The notes under the pieces are model-generated. The model was not told the origin of the DNA. It made no database searches and saw nothing but the letters and a program-made list of their open reading frames with translations. A DNA stretch of 32,000 bases from Cylindrospermopsis raciborskii Cr2010 (lineage in GTDB: Bacteria > Cyanobacteriota > Cyanobacteriia > Cyanobacteriales > Nostocaceae): contig NZ_CP065936.1 in NCBI RefSeq assembly GCF_003367075.2, positions 3,570,001-3,602,000 on the forward strand, written 5' to 3'. A program made the translations under genes and the position numbers. Shown one piece after another: positions 23,218-29,395 of the stretch (positions are counted from its first letter, which is position 1; every line of letters starts with the position of its first letter).

Positions 23218-24300
23218 TTAACCGTTGATTGCGGGAGCGGTTAATGCTACAGGTGCTACTTCACCAGCAGCTAGGTCTAAGGGGAAGTTGTGGGCGTTAC
23301 GCTCGTGCATTACTTCCATACCTAGGTTAGCGCGGTTGATTACGTCAGCCCATGTACCGATTACGCGTCCTTGAGAATCAATGATGGATTGGTTGAAGTT
23401 GAATCCATTCAGGTTGAATGCCATGGTGCTTACACCCAGTGCTGTAAACCAGATTCCTACTACTGGCCATGCTGCCAAGAAGAAGTGTAGTGAACGGCTG
23501 TTGTTGAATGAAGCATATTGGAATATCAAGCGTCCGAAGTAACCGTGTGCTGCTACGATGTTGTAGGTTTCTTCCTCTTGTCCGAACTTGTAACCATAGT
23601 TCTGAGACTCGGTTTCGGTTGTTTCTCTTACTAAGGAAGATGTTACTAAGGAACCGTGCATAGCGCTGAACAAGCTACCACCGAATACACCTGCTACTCC
23701 TAACATGTGGAAGGGGTGCATGAGAATGTTATGCTCTGCTTGGAACACAATCATGAAGTTGAAGGTTCCAGAGATACCTAAGGGCATACCATCAGAGAAT
23801 GAACCTTGTCCGATGGGGTAGATTAAGAATACTGCGGTAGCAGCTGCCAAAGGAGCGGAGAATGCTACGCAAATCCAAGGGCGCATGCCTAACCGGAAGG
23901 ATAGTTCCCATTCACGACCTAGGTAGCAGGCTACACCAATCAAGAAGTGGAAAATTACTAGTTGGTAAGGACCACCGTTGTATAACCATTCATCTAAGGA
24001 TGCAGCTTCCCAAATGGGGTAGAAGTGCAAGCCAATGGCATTGGAGGAGGGAACCACAGCACCGGAGATGATGTTGTTACCGTACATTAGGGAACCAGCT
24101 ACGGGTTCGCGAATACCGTCGATGTCCACGGGGGGAGCAGCAATAAAAGCAATGATGAAGCAAGTGGTAGCTGCGAGAAGGGTGGGGATCATTAACACCC
24201 CGAACCAGCCAATATAGAGGCGGTTGTTGGTGCTGGTGATAAATTCACAGAAGCGATCCCATACGTTGGCGCTTTGGCGCTGTTGAATGGCAGTGGTCAT
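23218..24300 (-). CDS. psbA: Photosystem II reaction-centre protein D1 (E130, D1:2-type), copy 2
   Basis: The protein is identical to 18412..19494. The DNA differs at about a dozen positions, all synonymous. Confidence 0.97.
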   Translation of the reverse strand: MTTAIQQRQSANVWDRFCEFITSTNNRLYIGWFGVLMIPTLLAATTCFIIAFIAAPPVDIDGIREPVAGSLMYGNNIISGAVVPSSNAIGLHFYPIWEAASLDEWLYNGGPYQLVIFHFLIGVACYLGREWELSFRLGMRPWICVAFSAPLAAATAVFLIYPIGQGSFSDGMPLGISGTFNFMIVFQAEHNILMHPFHMLGVAGVFGGSLFSAMHGSLVTSSLVRETTETESQNYGYKFGQEEETYNIVAAHGYFGRLIFQYASFNNSRSLHFFLAAWPVVGIWFTALGVSTMAFNLNGFNFNQSIIDSQGRVIGTWADVINRANLGMEVMHERNAHNFPLDLAAGEVAPVALTAPAING

Positions 24301-24368
24301 GGTTTTATAATTGCGGTTTTACGAGAGATTTATGTATGTTCTGGTAGGTGTTTCTACCTTATGAACTT

Positions 24369-24397
24369 ATATTAAGACAAATATTTAGTTTTGTAAA
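24369..24397 (-). promoter_or_regulatory. Candidate sigma70-type psbA promoter (-35 TTTACA, 17-nt spacer, -10 TAATAT)
   Basis: The minus strand reads cctcTTTACAaaactaaatatttgtctTAATATaagttca, about 70 nt upstream of the psbA ATG. This consensus-like spacing is typical of strong psbA promoters. Confidence 0.5.
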
Positions 24398-24667
24398 GAG
24401 GTTTTTACAAAATTTTTAATAATTTTGCCAATTAGGGATTTTCCTATATGTGGTAGGGGTTTCCGATTATTAAGTTACTAGTTTTGACGCTCAGTTTCAC
24501 TTGTAATGATTATTTTATGTTAACTCCTATATAATTTAATTTGATTAAGTTAGTTTTTATTTATATCCTGTTATAGGAATTGTGATAGGAAGTGCAATCT
24601 GGAGAGTGCTACTGCTTCGCAATCTTATGGACTTTTGATATACTGAGGTAAAATACTTACAAGTAAG

Positions 24668-24862
24668 ATGAATAAAATCCTCTGCGTAAAACCAGACTGT
24701 TTGCACCAGAATCCAAACGACTGTAAATTCTGCCAAAAATGTGGCAACAAATTAATTTTGCGAGAGCGGTTCATCCCCCGGGAAATTTTGGGGGAGGGAG
24801 GATTTGGACGTACCTTTTTAGCAACAGATACGGGTAAACCATCTCAACCTACCTGTGTGATT
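24668..24862 (+). pseudogene. N-terminal fragment of a Ser/Thr protein kinase with Cys4 zinc-ribbon prefix, interrupted by IS630
   Basis: CVKPDCLHQNPNDCKFCQKCGNKL is followed by the kinase glycine loop ILGEGGFGRTFLA. The IS630 terminus lies at 24862. Joining across the IS gives only about 22 more codons before a stop, so most of the kinase is missing. Confidence 0.6.
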
Positions 24863-25913
24863 ACAGCGGTTTTCATGTAAATAAACCACAATGATTGAAC
24901 CAATTAAGCGCATCCTCTGCTGTAATATAATTTACTGCACTTGTCATGGCCTCATTTAGGGCTTCTAATGTTCGTGCCTCCCGACTACGGAGAAATTGCT
25001 TTAATTTTGACCAACACAATTCTATCGGAGATAAGTCTGGAGAATAGGGGGGTAAAAACTTAACTTTTGCACCGACTGATTCAATTGACAATCTCACGCG
25101 CTCGGCATAATGAACCTTTAAATTATCCATAACAACAATAGCCCCTTTCCATAATTGAGGTACTAAAACCTGATTTACATAAGTGAGAAATACTTCTGTA
25201 TTTGTGCTTCCCTCTACAGTCATTGCTGCCAGAATTCCATCCATATTTAAAGCCCCAATCAGAGAAATATTTTTGCCCTTGTTTCCTGGTACGCTACCAA
25301 TTGCTCTTTGTCCATCTTGGCTTCTGGCAAACAACCTTGACATCCCTAAATTTATCCCCGATTCATCTAAAAACACTAAATTTCTAATATCAACTGTATC
25401 TACCCAACGACGATAATCATGCCTTAATTCTTGAACACGTGGAGTCTCCTGTTCACTGGCATTTAGACTTTTTTTTTATGACGTAGACCCAACTTTTCTA
25501 AGGCTCGATGCATGGTTGTGATACTAAAACTAGTGCCCGTCGTTTCTCTCAGGCGATCGCATAATTCTGAAAGCAGTAAATCATTTTTCTCATCCAGCCA
25601 AGACTTGATCATGTTTAAATATTCGCCTGCAATTATAGGCTTTTCATATCCTCCACATTGCTTTGGCTCAACTTGCCCAGTTTCACGATAACGACGTACT
25701 AAATTTCTCACAAATGATAAGCTGACCTTGAATCTTTCTGCCAACTGGCGTTGAGATCCCTCTCGAGCAACCCATGCTACAATCACGCGATTACGCAAAT
25801 CTATTGAATAAGGTTTTGGTATATAATTTGACAGCATTTCTACCCTATTTTAGTTTATTACCCTTATTATAGCTTATCTTATTTTGGAGTTTAACTACAT
25901 GAAAATTGCTGTA
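24862..25913 (-). mobile_element. IS630-family (Tc1/mariner-like) insertion sequence, about 1.05 kb, apparently complete
   Basis: Terminal inverted repeats are tacagcggttttcatgt (24862-24878) and acatgaaaattgctgta (25897-25913), with TA dinucleotides at both junctions. Confidence 0.8.
24873..25837 (-). CDS. IS630 transposase (HTH ORF 25463..25837 plus DDE ORF 24873..25376; joined by a -1 shift on an A9 run)
   Basis: ORF1 ends ...RHKKKV*. Slipping -1 on cataaaaaaaaagtc gives ...KKKSLNASEQETPRVQELRHDYRRWVDTVDIRNLVFLDESGINLG..., which continues into the DDE domain (…VMDNLKVHY…PPYSPDLSPIELCWSKLK). Confidence 0.75.
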
Positions 25914-25988
25914 AAATAGATTTTTATGGAATAAAATCATTAAAGGGGTTTACCACAAACCCGCGCCCTTGATAGCTCAGACTTCACC

Positions 25989-27533
25989 ATGCCCAAACAC
26001 TTTAACACTGCTGGTCCTTGCCAATCTGATATCCACTACATGCTCTCCCCAACAGTTCGCCTACCGGACTTGAAAGCACTAATCGATGGACGCAATTACT
26101 TTATCATTCATGCACCGCGACAAGTAGGCAAAACCACTGCTATGATAGCCCTAGCCCAAGAATTGACTGATAGTGGGGAATATATCGCCGTGATGCTTTC
26201 TTTAGAAGTAGGGGCACCCTTCTCCAGGGATCCGGGTATGGCTGAACGTGCAATTTTGGATGAATGGCAAGAATCCGCTTGTGTTTACCTATCAACTAAT
26301 CTCCACCCACCCCGTTGGCCAGCATCTCAACCAGGACGGCAAATTGGAGCCGCGTTAGCCAGTTGGGCTAAAGTTGCTACTCGTCCCCTAGTGGTTTTCC
26401 TGGATGAAATTGATGCTTTAGCAGATGAAACACTGATTTCTGTTCTTAGACAACTACGCTCAGGTTACAATCGCCGTCCCCATAGCTTTCCCCATTCGGT
26501 AGGGTTGATTGGTATGCGGGATGTGCGGGACTATAAGGTTAAATCTGGTGGAAGTGAACGACTTAATACGTCAAGTCCTTTCAATATCAAGGCTGAGTCT
26601 TTAACTCTCAATAATTTTACCTTACCAGAAGTAGAAGAACTTTACTTACAACATACACAAGCGACGGGACAGGTTTTTACCCCCGAAGCCATCTACCGTG
26701 CATTTTATTTAACCGATGGACAACCGTGGTTAGTCAACGCCCTAGCTCGTCAAGCTACCCAGGTTTTGGTGAAAGATATCACCCAACCCATTACTACTCA
26801 AGTGATTAACCAGGCTAAGGAAATTCTTATTCAGCGCCAGGATACTCATTTAGACAGCTTAGCAGAAAGATTACGGGAAGATAGAGTCAAAACCATTATT
26901 GAACCAATTTTAGCGGGTGAAGATTTACCTGATGTACCCCAGGATGATATTCGTTACGTCCTGGATTTAGGACTGTGTCGAGACCGAGGACAGGGTTTGG
27001 AAATTGCCAATCCAATTTATCGGGAAGTTCTACCCTTGGTGTTAAGTTACACAACCAGGGCTTCCATTGGAGTTATTGAACCTCGTTGGTTAAATGAACA
27101 AGGGGAGCTATTACCCGATGAATTATTGGAAGCATTTCTGGAATTTTGGCGACAACATGGGGAACCACTGCTTAAAAGTGCGCCCTACCATGAGATTGCT
27201 CCCCATTTGGTATTAATGTCATTTTTACATCGAGTAGTAAACGGTGGTGGTACGCTAGAACGGGAATATGCCATTGGTTCTGGAAGAATGGATATTTGTT
27301 TACGCTATGGCAAGGTAGTGATGGGCATAGAATTAAAGGTGCGGAGGGAAAAGTTGGATCCCTTAACCAAGGGTTTAACACAATTGGATAAATACCTGGA
27401 TGGGTTAGGATTGGATAGAGGGTGGTTAGTGATTTTTGATCGCCGTGCGGGATTACCACCCATGGGAGAGAGAATTAGTACGGAAGAGGTCATTAGTCCA
27501 GGGGGACGAACCATTACCGTCATTCGTAGTTAG
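25989..27533 (+). CDS. AAA-type ATPase fused to a C-terminal PD-(D/E)XK nuclease domain
   Basis: Walker A is IIHAPRQVGKTT and Walker B is LVVFLDEIDAL. The C-terminal EYAIGSGRMDICLRYGKVVMGIELKV is a classic D-x(n)-ExK nuclease motif, the architecture of the AAA-ATPase_like + PDDEXK_9-type families. Confidence 0.75.
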   Translation: MPKHFNTAGPCQSDIHYMLSPTVRLPDLKALIDGRNYFIIHAPRQVGKTTAMIALAQELTDSGEYIAVMLSLEVGAPFSRDPGMAERAILDEWQESACVYLSTNLHPPRWPASQPGRQIGAALASWAKVATRPLVVFLDEIDALADETLISVLRQLRSGYNRRPHSFPHSVGLIGMRDVRDYKVKSGGSERLNTSSPFNIKAESLTLNNFTLPEVEELYLQHTQATGQVFTPEAIYRAFYLTDGQPWLVNALARQATQVLVKDITQPITTQVINQAKEILIQRQDTHLDSLAERLREDRVKTIIEPILAGEDLPDVPQDDIRYVLDLGLCRDRGQGLEIANPIYREVLPLVLSYTTRASIGVIEPRWLNEQGELLPDELLEAFLEFWRQHGEPLLKSAPYHEIAPHLVLMSFLHRVVNGGGTLEREYAIGSGRMDICLRYGKVVMGIELKVRREKLDPLTKGLTQLDKYLDGLGLDRGWLVIFDRRAGLPPMGERISTEEVISPGGRTITVIRS

Positions 27534-27605
27534 GGAGATTACCTATAGTATCACACTCTTATTCCCCCTTATAAACATAATATAGTCTAATGTTCATACC
27601 TCACC

Positions 27606-27839
27606 ATGCCCAAACACTTTAACACTGCTGGACCATGTAAAGCTAACATCCACTATATGCTCTCCCCCACCGCTCGCTTACCGGAGTTGAAAGCGCTAAT
27701 TGATGGAGAAAACTACTTTATCATTCATGCGATGAAATTGACGCTTTAGCAGATGAAACACTGATTTCTGTTCTTAGACAACTACGCTCAGGTTACAATC
27801 GCCGTCCCCATAGCTTTCCCCATTCGGTAGGGTTGATTG
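27606..27839 (+). pseudogene. Decayed paralog of the AAA-ATPase/PD-(D/E)XK gene (internal deletion, then cut by IS4)
   Basis: MPKHFNTAGPCKANIHYMLSPTARLPELKALIDGENYFIIHA joins directly to (D)EIDALADETLISVLRQLRSGYNRRPHSFPHSVGLI. nt 27733-27838 are near-identical to 26404-26509, whereas the first 125 nt are clearly diverged. Confidence 0.75.
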
Positions 27840-28723
27840 CAGAAGTGTTGAATGTTAAGAAAGTTGTGATAAAAATTGCCCAAAATATATTAAAATTTGG
27901 GCAACCCATATCAAAATATTAATTTGATAATGATCAAAAATTCATTCCCCAAGATTGTCAAGGACATCCTCAGACCGTTACCAAAAAATGATTATCCAGT
28001 TTTGAACAGCCGTCTTTATGTTGAGTGTTGGTTGGCTTATGCCTTGGATAATAGTTTAACAAGTATGCGGGACTTATTTACAAGATTAAACCATACAGGT
28101 ATTGATGTAAGAATTTCGACATTTTCCAAAGCTAACAAACACAGGAATCAAGAGATATTCCAAAATATTTATCATCAATTGAATAAATTGGTACAAAAAA
28201 AGCTTATAAAAAGCTACATGATAAATACGCAATTTGTCCAATCGATTCAACAATAATTACTTTAACAAGTAAGTTGTTATGGGTTTTAGGTTATCATCAA
28301 GTAAAATTGTTTAGCTCCCTGAATCTTTCTACGGGAAGTCCAGAAGATAATTTGATAAATTTTGGACCATGATTACAAATTTGGCTCATCAATGATGTCT
28401 AATTTACCTCAAGATGCAGTTGGGGTAATGGATAGAGGTTTTGCAGGACTAAATTTTATACGGGAGTTAGTACAAAAAGACAAATACTTTGTGGTACGAA
28501 TTATGCCAGTCTCATCGCTTATCTAATTTTACAACTTGTATCCGTTCCCAATGAATGGGGTGAAAAAATGTTAGATAAGTTCCGCTATCTTCAAGCTTGT
28601 ATGTGTCAACAAATCAGTTATGTTCATTGGATGGAAGATATTATGAGATGTTGACATTTTCACCTTTGATAGGAGTACTATATCTAACTATGTAAAGTTT
28701 TGTAACGACATTCAACATTTCTG
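27840..28723 (+). mobile_element. Degenerate, internally deleted IS4-family element (884 bp)
   Basis: Inverted termini are cagaagtgttgaatgt (27840-27855) and acattcaacatttctg (28708-28723), matching 15 of 16 positions. Transposase pieces are MIKNSFPKIVKDILRPLP...STFSKANKHRNQEIF (27897..28256), then frameshifted fragments ending ...NEWGEKMLDKFRYLQACMCQQISYVHWMEDIMRC*. Confidence 0.7.
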
Positions 28724-28789
28724 ACATTTACCCTCTAAAATTAGATGATTGATGACACCAGTGTAAGATTTGGATGATAAGGAAATAAT

Positions 28790-29209
28790 ATGAAAAAACC
28801 ATTTATATATATAATTATGATTGTTACCGGTATGCTGGGGAGTTCTGCTCTACTAGTCGAACCACAGTTAACAGCTATTGCCCAATCACCCAATTGTGGT
28901 AACCGGATTACTCAGTATGATATGAATTTATGTGCGTCCCTTGATGCTAAGGTTGCAGATGGAAAGTTAAATCAGATTTATAAACAAGTTCGAGTCAGGT
29001 ATAATGCAAATCCGGAAGCAAAACTTCTTATAGATGCACAAAAAGCCTGGATTAAATATCGAGATGCTAGTTGCGCATTTTCTAGGGGTAGATTTCAGGG
29101 AGGATCTATTGTACCAATGGTATATCACGGTTGTTTAGAACGATTGACTAAAGAACGAACGAAGGAACTTGAAAGTTACTTACAAGAAGGAAGTTTTTCT
29201 AAGCGCTAG
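28790..29209 (+). CDS. Secreted DUF1311 / LprI-like (lysozyme-inhibitor-type) protein
   Basis: A signal peptide is followed by TQYDMNLCASLDAKVADGKLNQIYKQV...LIDAQKAWIKYRDASCAF...GGSIVPMVYHGCLERLTKERTKELESYL, the DUF1311 pattern with conserved Cys pairs. Confidence 0.7.
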   Translation: MKKPFIYIIMIVTGMLGSSALLVEPQLTAIAQSPNCGNRITQYDMNLCASLDAKVADGKLNQIYKQVRVRYNANPEAKLLIDAQKAWIKYRDASCAFSRGRFQGGSIVPMVYHGCLERLTKERTKELESYLQEGSFSKR

Positions 29210-29338
29210 CGGAGATACTAAGGAACCCGAATCTGAACCATGCAATCGCATTGATCTTCGAGTTTTGGGTTTTCTTAACCTCACCGAGGAAAAGTGATCG
29301 CCTGTTTTTGTGGGTAATCATGGGATTTTAAAGTAAAG

Positions 29339-29367
29339 TTGACTTTCACACAAGTTTCGTGTACTAT
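29339..29367 (+). promoter_or_regulatory. Candidate promoter of the methyltransferase gene (-35 TTGACT, 17 nt, -10 TACTAT)
   Basis: TTGACTttcacacaagtttcgtgTACTAT, 29 nt upstream of ATG 29396. Confidence 0.3.
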
Positions 29368-29395
29368 TAGATATTTATATGCCTCAATATAACCC

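Noticed and set aside
23862-24217. Plus-strand ORFs 23862..24071 and 24035..24217, and similar antisense ORFs inside the protease genes (12760.., 13093.., 15503.., 21346.., 21736..), the methyltransferase genes (1686.., 31612..) and the ATPase gene (27172.., 27305..).
   Set aside because: They lie entirely antisense within strongly supported genes, and no independent signal supports them.
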